A stretch of 64,000 nt of DNA from contig JAVECL010000058.1 in NCBI GenBank assembly GCA_051942245.1, forward strand, positions 1-64,000, in the 5' to 3' direction. This document shows, piece after piece, positions 1 through 11,828 of the stretch. Under the pieces are notes generated by a model. The model was given only the letters and a program-made list of their open reading frames with translations, searched no databases and was not told the DNA's origin. The stretch is from Trypethelium eluteriae. Its lineage: Eukaryota. The stretch's first letter is position 1. Each line of letters starts with the position of its first letter. Made by a program: the position numbers and the translations under genes.

Positions 1-3000
1 CTTCTCCCTCAACCCCCCAACCCGCAACACCTTCCCCGTAACCGTCAACTCCCCCGTCATCGCAACCCCCTCCCAAACCTGCCTCCCGAGCGCCAACGAC
101 AGCAAACTCGTCGCCATCGTAACCCCCGCGCTCGGCCCATCCTTCTGCACGGCGCCCTCAGGACAGTGCAAATGGATCTTCGCGCGCTCGAAGAAGCGAT
201 TCCCCGCAAAGTGGCGCGCCAGATGCGCCTTCGCGAAGCTGTACGCAATCGTCGTCGACTCCTTCATCACGGGCTGCAGGTTGCCTGTGGAGGAGAGAGA
301 CGGCGTCGAAGAGGAAGAGAGCGCGCTCTCCAGCACCGACTCGACATACAGCGCCGCGCCGCCCATCTGCGTCCAGGCGAGCCCCATGGCGACGCCCGGC
401 GGCGTCGACTCGTACAGCCGGTCCGACGTGAAGATCGGGGGGCCGACGTAGTCTTTCAGGTTGTCCTTGCCGATGCTGACGTGCACGGAGTCGGGGAGCT
501 GTAGCGCGACGCGCGGGGTCTCGGTCGTCTCGGCTTCGATGTTGTCGGGGGTGTCTTTGACGTCGGAGGAGTCTTTGGCGGATTCTGCTTGGGCTTGCTT
601 GCCTTCTTCTGTGAGGGCTTTGTCTTCGGAGAGGACGGTCTCCTCGCCGAGGTCTTGCACGATCTTGAGCGCGGATTTGCGGTAGACTTTCTCGATTTGC
701 TTTTTGAGGTTGCGGACGCCGGATTCGCGGCAGTATTTGTTGATGAGTTCGGCGAGGGCGTCTTGGTCGAGACTGACGTCCACGTCCTTTAACCCGCTCA
801 TCTCTTTGGCTTGTGGTGAGAGGTAGCGTTCTGCGATGGCCATTTTCTCATCAGATACATATCCAGAGAGTTCGATCATTTCCATACGATCCAGAAGTGG
901 GCGAGGGATAGTGTCTGTCATGTTGGCTGTGCAGACAAAGAGCACCTTGGATAGATCGACAGGGACGTCCATATAGTGGTCCAGGAAGGAATTATTTTGC
1001 TCAGGGTCAAGTAACTCCAGTAATGCAGATGCGGGATCTCCTTGGTGACCTCTGCCAATTTTGTCAACTTCGTCAATAAGCACCAGCGGATTCTCGGTCT
1101 GGCATTTCTTAAGTGCCTGTATTATTCGTCCTGGCAGCGCACCAACGTATGTCCTTCGGTGTCCTTTGATCTCAGCAACATCTGTGAGACCGCCAACACT
1201 GAAGCGGTAGTACTGTCTGTTCAGGGCTCGTGCGATACTCTTTCCAATGCTCGTTTTGCCTACGCCGGGAGGACCCACCATGCAAAGGATCTTACCTTCG
1301 ACTGTACCTCTTAGCTTGCCCACCGCGATAAACTCCAGTATCCTGTCTTTGACATCCTTCAATCCATGGTGATCCTCATCGAGGACTTTCCTCGCATTTA
1401 GTATCCCAAAATTCTCCGCACTTCTCTGGCCCCAAGGAATTTGTGTCAGCCAATCCAGATAATTCCTTGTGACATTGAATTCGCTCGCTGCCGGTTCCAG
1501 ATGTGCAAGTTTGTTGATCTCTTCGTCGAAGACTTTGCGCACCGCCTCGGGCATTGCCAACTTATCTGCCCTTTCCTTGAACTTCTCCACTAGTTTATCC
1601 TTTCCGTCTGACTCAATACCCAGTTCGCGTCTTATTCCTCTTAATTGCTCTTGTAGAAAGTATTCCCGCTGTCGCTTGTGAATCCGGCCCTCGACATCTT
1701 TCGCAATCTTACTCTGTAATTGCGCATTCATGAAGTCTTTCTTAATCACCATCAACGCCTTACTGAGTCGCTGCTCTACATTCGTTGCTGCTAATATTTC
1801 CTGCAACTCCTTCATTTCTCCCTGCGCCACCGCAGCGGCAAAGTCGCTCAGCCGAGCAGGGTCATCGGGCATGTTTCCTGCGATCTGGGTCGTCGCGAAT
1901 GTCTGTATTTGATCCCGGAAAAGCGGGTTCATAAGCGCTATCTCGCGGATGACATTGACGATTTCGGAGACAAGGGCACGGATGACGGGTGAAGATTTAT
2001 CGAAGGATTCTTCCGTAACGTTGGAAGCGGAGACAAGACTGACGGCAAATTTGGAGAGAAAAGAGGTCGGTTCGTATGAGGAGGCTTGCTGTCTTGAAGT
2101 ATCGGAGGTGACAGAAGGCTCTTCAAAGCTAGCCACGACATCGCCTTTCTTTTCTTGGTCAGGCTTGTCACTTGACGACTCGACAGATGTATGCTGCTGC
2201 TGCTGCTCTCCTTCGGGCGCTTGTAGATTGATTGCTTGATTCGAGGCTTTGGGCGAGATGAGCTCGGATAGCCGTATCCTTCGATGCGGGTAGAGAACTG
2301 CTTGCAATGTCTTTTCTTCTCCTTGAACAGGGTAAATACTTGTGATTTGGCAGAAAGTGCCCACATCATATACCTCATTAATATCATCGATGACATCTTT
2401 ATCGGCACTGTCGTCCTTCATGAGGAAAGCACCGACATATGGCTGGCCACGCTTCATCATTTCTTGGATCGCCGCTACCACATCAGGGTTCTTTATCGTA
2501 ATTGCCTTATACCATCCGGGAAAGAGCGGCCGCTTTGCTAGAGGTATCGCCATTACCTGTGGGTACACCTCTGGCACCGTTGGCTTCGAGAGTGAGCGGT
2601 CCGAGCTGGTCTTGCGACGCCTGCCTCCACCTCCGCTTCCAGTAGTGATCCCCCCTTCATTGCTCGGAGACCCGGAATCGCCACCAGCGCTACTACCAGC
2701 TGCATTTATCTTGCCATCTGCAGCGACCTCGGATTCAGACTTTGGTATTGGATCGGGTATATCATCGCGTGCAGTTGGTTCGTCCTCGGATTTGGCTGCT
2801 GGTGTGTCTTGTTTCTCCTCATTTTCCTGCTCTTTCGTCTCAGAAGCATCGTCGGGTGGAGGCTTCTCTTTCCGCCTTGTGGGAGAGAAGGAGAAATTTC
2901 GCGAGGTGGCGAGCACAGAGTTTGCAGGTCGTAGCCTCGAAGGTGGTGAGCGTAAGCGCGTTATGGGGAGCGTTGCAGAGGTGGAAAGCGCATAGAGGGT

Positions 3001-3087
3001 TTTAGGTGCGTTCGCTCTTAGGCTACTTGAATGTCCCGGAGCGCGGCGAAGAGCTGTTTTCCATTGTAGATTTTGACGACAGAGCAT
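1..3087 (-). CDS. PIM1: Mitochondrial Lon protease (3' end runs off the window)
   Basis: Hand translation from ATG at 3087 reads open to the window edge: Arg/Ser-rich presequence MLCRQNLQWKTALRRAP, N-domain PEVYPQVMAIPLAKRPLFPG, Walker A GPPGVGKTS, Walker B LVLIDEVDK, catalytic Ser motif KDGPSAG, then TGELTVTGKVLRVGGLREK. Not in the ORF track because no stop lies in the window. Confidence 0.97.
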   Translation of the reverse strand, partial: MLCRQNLQWKTALRRAPGHSSSLRANAPKTLYALSTSATLPITRLRSPPSRLRPANSVLATSRNFSFSPTRRKEKPPPDDASETKEQENEEKQDTPAAKSEDEPTARDDIPDPIPKSESEVAADGKINAAGSSAGGDSGSPSNEGGITTGSGGGGRRRKTSSDRSLSKPTVPEVYPQVMAIPLAKRPLFPGWYKAITIKNPDVVAAIQEMMKRGQPYVGAFLMKDDSADKDVIDDINEVYDVGTFCQITSIYPVQGEEKTLQAVLYPHRRIRLSELISPKASNQAINLQAPEGEQQQQHTSVESSSDKPDQEKKGDVVASFEEPSVTSDTSRQQASSYEPTSFLSKFAVSLVSASNVTEESFDKSSPVIRALVSEIVNVIREIALMNPLFRDQIQTFATTQIAGNMPDDPARLSDFAAAVAQGEMKELQEILAATNVEQRLSKALMVIKKDFMNAQLQSKIAKDVEGRIHKRQREYFLQEQLRGIRRELGIESDGKDKLVEKFKERADKLAMPEAVRKVFDEEINKLAHLEPAASEFNVTRNYLDWLTQIPWGQRSAENFGILNARKVLDEDHHGLKDVKDRILEFIAVGKLRGTVEGKILCMVGPPGVGKTSIGKSIARALNRQYYRFSVGGLTDVAEIKGHRRTYVGALPGRIIQALKKCQTENPLVLIDEVDKIGRGHQGDPASALLELLDPEQNNSFLDHYMDVPVDLSKVLFVCTANMTDTIPRPLLDRMEMIELSGYVSDEKMAIAERYLSPQAKEMSGLKDVDVSLDQDALAELINKYCRESGVRNLKKQIEKVYRKSALKIVQDLGEETVLSEDKALTEEGKQAQAESAKDSSDVKDTPDNIEAETTETPRVALQLPDSVHVSIGKDNLKDYVGPPIFTSDRLYESTPPGVAMGLAWTQMGGAALYVESVLESALSSSSTPSLSSTGNLQPVMKESTTIAYSFAKAHLARHFAGNRFFERAKIHLHCPEGAVQKDGPSAGVTMATSLLSLALGRQVWEGVAMTGELTVTGKVLRVGGLREK

Positions 3088-5368
3088 GCTGTCGCAAGAC
3101 TTTTCTGAGGGGAGCGCACCGTCACTATCAGACCTAGAGGCGAATCAAAGGGTGAAGATGGGTCTCAGTATCATGAAGGATGAAAGGAAAAGGAGCAAAG
3201 CCGTGCGTCCCTGTAAGGAGCAAGAAATGTTGATGTCGATGCTAATGGCGAAGACCGGCAGATTTCCTTTTCGAGCGGATATGACGATTGGAGATTTTGT
3301 CAGCCACCGGAGCCAACGGGAGCAAACTCCGCCGCCGCAATCTCTCCCTCAGCTTCACGATATTCCGTACAGTTCTTCTCAGACTTTCGCAACTACGATA
3401 CGTGCGGGTGGTGTCGCGACCAGACGAGTCCATCGAGATCACAAAGTCATGTACTTGTCACGCGACTTGTATGCTATCCGGCATCTTTGATAATCTACTC
3501 CATATGCTCGTTTGGCAGTGGCCATCTTCCGCGGGTTGATGACACGACTCTGGGTTTTCTGATACAGCAACATACGTATTTAGTCTACGATAACGACTCC
3601 ATGCTGACCTCTGCTTGACTGCATCTAGGAAGCTACCTTGCCTAAAGCTCTTCGGAAAGCCAACCATCGCACTTCTCAAAACTCCCGTTCGTTTCAGTGC
3701 GTTGGCTACAAAAAAAAAACTTTAACCTGTCCACTCGAGCCACACATGATAGTTCAAGAGGACCAGTGCCATGACAAAGCTCAATATCAGCTTTAAGGAC
3801 AATCCTAATGGTATGCGTATAGCATTGGAGCGCTCTCCGTCCCTTAGCATACATTCAGGCGGCATGAAATTAGAAGCGCAAGATTGCTTAATATTCCGAC
3901 AATGATATCAATAGTACGAGCTTAGGTGGGCGCGTATGTCGTGATTGGGAAAATATCTGCCTGCATAAAATCTCGCCCTGGATTACTTCGTTTATCTTGA
4001 GCGGCGAATGGCCACGGTCATGGACAATCACTAGGAACCACTTGATCGCCCAAATCCACAGTATAGGTAAAGGGAGGTCGAAGCGCAGCGAATAGAAGAG
4101 TCATCCCGATTTCGTCTCAGTCTAGTGGTTCGTACAGGTTTCCAGGGATATTGATGCAGCGAGGACAGAACCTTCTCGTATCTGTTGCTGATGTAGAGAT
4201 TGAGTCAGAATGACGATATTTGCATATTATTTGCAAAGAAAGCAGCCAAGTTAATCGAACAGGCTTCACCATTGAAGATCACTGTCATGATGGTTGAGAT
4301 CTTAGCTTGATTGAGGAATCCGTAATTCAGTCGGCCGAGTATAATTGTTCGGGCGCATCAGGCCTACACCAGAGGTTTTGGACAGTTAGGTCCAATTTGA
4401 CGCTTTTCTGCTATCAACTGGTCCCAACAGACCTTGCCCGTATGTTTCTGAGCTTCAACGTCATCAAACTCACGAGTGGATCCGTTCTGTATGGCCCGCA
4501 TCCACGAGGCTCATTTCTGGGAAGCATGGTTTCGCCCAAATGGTCAGTTTGCGTCACAGCTTCCGATCCAGATGTTAGATGGCCAGAGTCTAGGACGCGT
4601 TCGATTCTGCGTCGCTCAGATGAATCGGAGTACGAGAGGTACGGAGTAATTGCGGCGCCACCCGTAAATGGTGTTGCTCCAACACCATGCCCGAGTTGGC
4701 GCCCGAGCTTTTCCCCATTCAACATTCCGGAAAGTGTGTTACATGATAGAACCAACTTCCAAGGCCACTTATCTTTTCGTTGCTCAAGAGTCGATTGATT
4801 CAGATTGACATGGGATCTCAGCATGGAAATCTGTTCTGGTCATATCAAGACTCCGAGGCGCTTCAATGGGTACTGTTCATCGCAGGCTTGGCACTCCTAC
4901 TGGCATCTTAGAACATTATTTGTTGTCTAGTATCAGTTCAGAACTCGAGATGCGTACTCCTGCGAACCAGCTTACGTTATTAGGGAGTAGATTTTCTGAT
5001 GTACGAGCGTGGTTCTGAACCGGATCAGATCATCCTCAAGCTATGACATACAACCTAGACCGGTGTTATGAACAACAGTGGAGAGCTCTACTTGTTGCCA
5101 GTGGGTATCCGGAAACGCCCGTGCCTACTGACGTTTCTCGATGATGCCAAGCCTCTGATCAGACCTATCAAGGGACAATGAGAGCTATTCATATATAACA
5201 CCTGCTCGACCGAACCCAAAAAATATTCATCACCACTTCTCTCAATTCCATCCTTTAACACCCTTTCAATACATTCTGCGCAGGTCGCATTTCAAAAGCA
5301 CTCCTTTGGCTGTCATCGTCCCCGTTTTAAAAGCACCTTTTTTTTGCATCATAATCTAATCTTACGAT

Positions 5369-6078
5369 ATGAAGACTTCAACAACAGCTCTCGCAATCCT
5401 TCCCATTCTCGCAAGCTACGCTACGGCTGCTCCGGCGGATACATTGGAGGAGCGTGGTGTGTGGGATAAACTCAAGGGATCAGTCTCCGGTCCAGACGAT
5501 AACTACAAGGGTGCTTCCCAGACGAATCAAAAAGCATTCTCATCTGCTTTGGAGGACGAAATTCTCTGTATCCAATGGACATACCCAACCAAAAATGGAG
5601 CCCCAAAAAACATAAAGAACTTAGATCAACTTGTTGTCGACGGCAATGAGCATACAGATCTCATCTGTGGTAACGTCCAGGAAAAGAACACGGTTAGTTT
5701 TCTCCAGGTGTATGGAGATGGCTTTTTTCTTGTCTACGCGCTGACTCTCCCCAGAAATTCAAGGCAACACGTTTCGTTCTCCAGAAAGGCAAGATTGGCA
5801 AGGGCCTTGAGGTCGACACGCCGGACTTCGACTATGGCGGTGAAGGCCAAGGCAAATTAACGTGGCTCGGAAAGGTCGACGGCATGGACAATGGCAAGCC
5901 GATTAAAGATGTCTCCAAGATCAAAGATCCTGCGGACGATATCGTCAAGCACAAGGATGAAGGCCAGCTCGCGAGTAGTGCTTTCGTCACCCAGCTGTGG
6001 GGAGACATCAGTGGAAATGGTACTACTGGTGAGGAAAAGCACCACATTCTTCCTGGCCACAAGAAGAACAGCTTTTAA
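5369..6078 (+). CDS. Secreted protein of unknown function (~215 aa, 2 exons)
   Basis: Signal peptide MKTSTTALAILPILASYATA then APADTLEER pro-like segment; intron 5693-5754 (GTTAGT..CTGAC..CAG) joins ORF 5369 in frame to the frame of ORF 5884-6078. Confidence 0.8.
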
Positions 6079-6409
6079 AAAGATGATCCTATCGGAGCAC
6101 CTGTACGAATAACCCGAGAATTGTAACGGTAGATCGATGGTGGCTTTCAGGACAGCATGAGAGTTACAACTTTTGCTCATGCTGGACATCGAGCAATTAT
6201 TTAGTAGTCTTCGCTAATAGAATCTTCACATAGAAAATTTGAACCACAGATGATTGGATATCTTCATTCACGCAGAATTAAATGTTCACATAAACTATTC
6301 TATTGTGCCTTCGAATTTTACATTTCATTTTTCTACATGTCGTTTTCCCCGCATACACAACACCTTGAGTCACGTCATCCAACATCCGAAGACGTAATTA
6401 GTGTCACGA

Positions 6410-7667
6410 TCAATATAGACCCTTTACTAGTGGTTCGACCGCGTCGTATAGTTTATCTCCCTTCTTGCTGTTCGTCGCTCTCTCCGTAATTATCTGAACC
6501 TGATCTTCACCAACACCGTATTCGCCCAATTTCTGGATAAAACCCAAGTTCTTCACAAGCGAGAGGATGGCATCTGCCACGGTCAGTGCGTCCGCCTTGT
6601 CGTCACCTGTCCTTGCCTTTCCTATCGAGGGCATCATTCTTGCTATATTCGAGGCGGCAGCAGAATCAGTTTCTGCTTTGAGCTTGACGACGTGACCAAG
6701 AGTGAGGCACGAGGTTTCACCGTGGGGAATCATGTAGGGGGAGCCGAGGGCATAGCCGAGGGAGTGGCTATAGGAAATGAGCGTTAGCGTGCCGCCTTAT
6801 AGTTGTTGTCGATGCAAATCTTCGACCTGAGAACATAATATGATGGTAATCTGGCAGGAAGCAAATGACTACATACCTCAGCCCCATTGGAGCAAAGTTC
6901 AATCCCAGAAAGCCGCATGAAGCGAAACAGGCAAGAAGCAGGTGAGTGATTGCATCTTCATCCTGCGGGTCCTTCTGATACTTTGGCAGGTAGGTAAACA
7001 GATCCGCTGCGGCTGTTAATGCCATTCGCTTGCACGGCACCTCAGTCGCGGTCGGATGATACATGAGCTCCATTGAATGGTCTAGGGCTCTCAGCCCCGT
7101 CCCTAGCATCAACTTTGGCGGCGTGTGCTTCCCGAATACGGGGTCGTAGAAGACTGTTTTCGGTGCAATTTCTGGGCTGAAGACGCCAGCCTTAGTACCG
7201 TCTTCTTTAGTGAAGCCTCCTGCCATTGTACATTCTCCTGCGCTGAGTGTGGTCGGAATTGCGATGTGATAGAGGTATTTGCCATTTTTCTCATTGGCCC
7301 GGTAGGAAACGACTTTTGCAGCATCAATCGGACTGCCACCACCAATACTGATCACAGTGTCAACGCTGGGATCTTTCTGTACAAGCGCGACACCTTCGTC
7401 CATTTGCGCAACGGGGTTATGCTGCTTGATGCTAGAGAAGGTACCGGCATGTTTAGAGCCAAGGAGCTGTTCCACAGATTTGATGAGTGGTGTCTTTTGT
7501 GCAAGGGAGGAACCTGTGATTATGAATGCTTTGGAAGATTCGTTGGGAAGAGAGCTCAGGAGGTGCTTCTGCACACAATCAGGACCATAGTACAGGTTCT
7601 CTACGCGATTGGGTTTCCACAATCCGGAAAGAGGGTTTTCTGTTGCAGCGACGCCGTGATGGGCCAT
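6410..7667 (-). CDS. Iron-containing alcohol dehydrogenase family protein (maleylacetate reductase-like)
   Basis: GGGSPIDAAK, IAIPTTLSAGE, RALDHSME and, after removing intron 6768-6876, GLSHSLGYALGSPYMIPHG. Start placed at MAHHGV (7667); an upstream in-frame ATG at 7784 exists. Confidence 0.9.
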
Positions 7668-8422
7668 GATGTTCGATTTTCTGGCTTGAAACTTTTGCAG
7701 AACGGTTTGATAGAACCTTTTGGAGTTTGGGGTGTTTAAGAACTGTCTTTCAACTCTCCAACATACAGTGTTGAGGCTGAACATCGTCTAGAGCTGAAGG
7801 TATATTTTGACGTCATGTATCCCAGCCCATGTGGATTTCGGCGCCCGAGGCCACTCTCTCGGCTCTTGGGTACATTGTTTGACCACGGCTTTGCCAGAAC
7901 CTTCATATTTCTTGAGGCTCTGAGGCTGGTCTCACAATAAGAAGATCCAATGGATTTGAGGATTTGGAAAGGGTCCCGCTGATGTGGTACGGATCCATCG
8001 TATCATTTTGTCCAAAGAATCCAGCAGTACTTAGAGCTACCCCGCCATCTCCGAGATCTCGCCTGAAAGGATGGATCTACGAGGTCCTCTAAGGAGATTC
8101 GCTGATCATGACTCTGCCTACGTAGTCAAGCGGGTTCCGTAGCTTGAAGTTTGTCACCCTCGGCGAACAGTGAACTAGTTAACTATTCTTTTTAAAGTGT
8201 TCAAGGAAGCTTGGAGATCTAGCCCTTGCTATCGTCAATCTCACCTCATCTCGCCCGCCGAAAACCGGGTCTAATTGGAGCACATCCAATTCTCATCTTA
8301 CTGTCCATGCCTGATTGAGAAATTGTCCCATAGTTCATGCATAATATAATGAAGGTTCACAATGAGCGGTCTGTCGAAATCGAGCAAGAGAATCATCTAC
8401 TTTTCCCGACTACGCGGTGTCT

Positions 8423-9190
8423 TCAGTTTTCCCCAAGTTCGGTGATAACCTGCTTTAGATTGTTAAGATCGTGGGCGAATCTTCCAAGGAACAGACCATC
8501 TACACCCTCAGCTAGCCTCTTGAATGTTCCTGGTCCAGCGCTGCCGCCGTACAATATCCTCGTGAGACCCTTTCTCCCCGCAGTCATCTTCATGATTTCC
8601 TTCGTAACATTGACGACGTGGTCTGCATCTGCAGGTTCCTTTGCACCAATAGCCCAGACAGGCTCGTATGCGAGTATGATCTCGGCTTCGTCTGGCACTG
8701 CGGAGAGAATCGACATGACCTGCGGTCGACATTCTTCAACTGCCATTCCTACAGCCGCAGAAGCGATTGAGCCATGTGATTTCTCTCCGATGCATACGAG
8801 TGGGACCATGTGATTGTGTGTTGCTGCTGCTGCTTTCTTGGCTACTTGCTCGTCTGTCTCTCCGAAGATCCTTCTTCTCTCAGCATGGCCCATCTCTACA
8901 ATCTTGACCCCAGCTTGTGCTAAGCTCAACGGAGACACTTCTCCTGTGTAAGCACCACGGTCCTCCCAGAATGCGTCTTGAGCTCCAAGTATAACACTCG
9001 TGTCCTTGAGGAGCTCGTGCGAGGGAAGGATGGCGAGAAAGTCAGGAATGACGAAGAGGTCGACATTGTTCGATTTTGCATGCGTGTCTAATTCTTGTAC
9101 TCCCTTGACGTAGCTCGTAGTTGCAGCCAGATCAAAGTACATCTTCAAACTAGTGCCCACAAGGCGTTTCGGACGATCCGCAGAAGGCAT
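8423..9190 (-). CDS. Triosephosphate isomerase-like protein (non-canonical SLKMYF subfamily)
   Basis: GTSLKMYF, GAYTGEVSP, GHAERRRIFGET, AYEPVWAIG, ILYGGS; intronless, 255 aa. Confidence 0.92.
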   Translation of the reverse strand: MPSADRPKRLVGTSLKMYFDLAATTSYVKGVQELDTHAKSNNVDLFVIPDFLAILPSHELLKDTSVILGAQDAFWEDRGAYTGEVSPLSLAQAGVKIVEMGHAERRRIFGETDEQVAKKAAAATHNHMVPLVCIGEKSHGSIASAAVGMAVEECRPQVMSILSAVPDEAEIILAYEPVWAIGAKEPADADHVVNVTKEIMKMTAGRKGLTRILYGGSAGPGTFKRLAEGVDGLFLGRFAHDLNNLKQVITELGEN

Positions 9191-9870
9191 TTTTTCACAG
9201 CACTGGAACCTGTAGCAACGGTACGGAGCAGAACGAATTGCTGTAGCTCTACGGTTTGTTACGGAAGCCTGTAAGCGGAAGAGCTAGCACGCTTTCGAAG
9301 GCAATGAGCGGTTTGCAGCTGACGGCGGCCTCATGGAACCTTCGAAGCCGGAAATTTGGCGATTTTGCCCGGGACCGCCGGGGAGCCCCACGCCCCCCAC
9401 GATGTACCTAGTATGCATGCCACCTCGAGTCCAGCGGTCTAAATCCTCAACATCAGCGCGAAGCCCAACCCAACCCTTCAAACTTCCTGACTGCCCCGAG
9501 GACAAAAGGATTCCTCGTGGTACATGCAGCGGCAACTCGCTGACCGGTGGGCCCGCGTCCGGTATCTTGGATAGCAGGTTTATGGCCTTGGGGGAAAGGG
9601 TTCAATCAGATCTTTGAACCGTACGGAGCCGGGGATTTGTAGAGGATATTTGTTATCTCAAAATTGGTAGGTGCATACATTTCCCAGCTCCATACAAAGA
9701 CTACGATGGCAGCAGTAATGCAATATCACCACCAAAAAATGCAGTCCTCGCATCCTCCCGGAAGCCTTCATGACTCCCTGTGGCTAGATGGGCTCGACCC
9801 TTGAGCTTTGAGTTCCCTCCCCTTTTTCTCTAAGCTGACTCTTAATAGATAAACCTTCGATTCGACCAAT

Positions 9871-11828
9871 ATGCATATCTCCCAGAAATTGGCGGAGGCC
9901 GAGAGGGCCAAAAGGCCCAGCTTTTCTTTCGAATTCTTTCCACCCAAAACCGCCCAAGGTGTTCAAAACCTATACGATCGCATGGACCGCATGCATGACC
10001 TTGGGCCGGCATTTATCGACGTAACCTGGGGTGCTGGGGGTCATCTATCACAGTTGACTTGCGAAATGGTCAGAGCCGCGCAATCCGCATACGGTCTTGA
10101 AACATGCATGCATTTGACGTGTACCGATATGGAGAAATCCAAGGTAGATGCAGCCCTCAAAGATGCCTACAATGCAGGATGTACAAATATTCTGGCTCTT
10201 CGTGGTGATCCACCTCGCGAGGAAGAAAAGTGGGAGGCAAAATCCGAGCAGTTTCGGTATGCGAAAGATTTGGTCAAGTATATTAAGGAAACATATGGCA
10301 ACCACTTCGACATTGGTGTGGCCGGCTATCCCGAAGGTTGTGATGACAATGACGACAGTGAAGAACTCGTTGAGCATCTCAAGGAAAAGATCGATGCCGG
10401 GGGGACGTTTGTCGTTACACAAATGTTTTACGATGTGGACAACTTCCTAGAATGGGTCCAAAAGTGCCGCAACAGAGGAATAAATGTCCCGATTATCCCA
10501 GGTATTATGCCAATCCATACTCATGCGGCTTTCATGAGACGGGCAAATTGGGTCAGATGCAAGATTCCTCAAGCCTGGACCGAGGCTCTGGAGCCTATCA
10601 AGAATGACGATGCTGCCGTCCGAGACGTTGGTAAAGGTTTGGTGGCCGAAATGTGTCGCCAAATGCTAAATAATGGGATCAACCATCTCCATTTGTGAGC
10701 CGATCCAATCCACGCTGTCTAAAATCTTACTGATCCTCTTAGTTATACCATGAACCTGGCGCAGGCGACTCGTATGGTCCTTGAGGAATTGAAAATCGTG
10801 CCCGATGCGCAAACTCCGCTAGAAAAGCCGTTGCCATGGAGGCAGTCTCTTGGATTGAATCGTCGCGAGGAGAATGTCCGACCCATCTTCTGGAGAAATA
10901 GGAACAGATCATACGTTGCCCGCACCCAAGACTGGGATGAGTTTCCTAATGGCAGGTGGGGCGACTCGCGTTCACCTGCATTCGGCGAGCTGGATGCGTA
11001 TGGGATTGGCCTGAAAGGTACCAATGAGCAAAACCGCAAGTTATGGGGCGAGCCAAAGTCCTTCAAGGATATTTCCGATCTCTTTGTGCGCTACATGAGC
11101 GGAAAATTAGAGAGCTTGCCATGGAGCGAAGCACCAATCTCGCAAGAAGCTGATGCCATCAAGGATGATTTAGTAAATCTCAACCGCAGAGGCCTCCTCA
11201 CCATCAATTCACAGCCAGCGGTAAACGGTGCCAAATCGTCCCATCCAGTGTACGGATGGGGTCCACGTAACGGCTATGTCTTCCAGAAGGCGTACCTTGA
11301 GGTCCTCGTATCTTCAGAAATCATCGCTGAACTGATCACTCGCATTGAACGGAATCCTGACTTAACTTACTACGCAGTCAACAAGAGTGGCGATCTCAAG
11401 ACCAACGCTCCCGCCGATAGTCCAACTGCAGTCACTTGGGGAGTTTTCCCAGGAAAGGAAATTGTTCAGCCTACCATTGTGGAGACCATCAGCTTTCTGG
11501 CATGGAAAGACGAATTCTATCGACTTGGAAACGACTGGTCTAGCTGCTATGCTCCCGCAAGCCCTTCACGATATCTTATCCAATCTCTAATGGAGAATTC
11601 CTACCTCATCAACATTGGTACGTTATTGTGAACTTTCTTCCTTCCGGAGAGGCTGACAGTAGATCCATAGTACATAATGATTTCCACGAGTCTCGCGGCA
11701 TCTATCCACTGTTCGAAGGCCTGGCCATAAATGACTTGGAGCATCATCTGACTGCTCAGCCCAAACTCGAATCGAATGGGATCGTTTCTGCCAAGGAGCA
11801 GACCAATGGTATTGCTGCTGCTGCGTGA
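9871..11828 (+). CDS. MET13: Methylenetetrahydrofolate reductase (3 exons)
   Basis: SFEFFPPKTAQGVQNLYDR, ILALRGDPP, regulatory-domain WDEFPNGRWGDSRSPAFG; introns 10695-10742 and 11618-11670 restore HLHFYTMN and NIVHNDF. Confidence 0.95.

Noticed and set aside
57..2995. Many + strand and short ORFs in the track
   Set aside because: Antisense or off-frame shadows of the Lon gene.
4307..4824. Overlapping 163-aa and 136-aa ORFs
   Set aside because: No motif or splice structure recognised on either strand.
7808..7815. TGACGTCA (CRE-like) upstream of the Fe-ADH
   Set aside because: A single 8-mer is expected by chance in a window this size.
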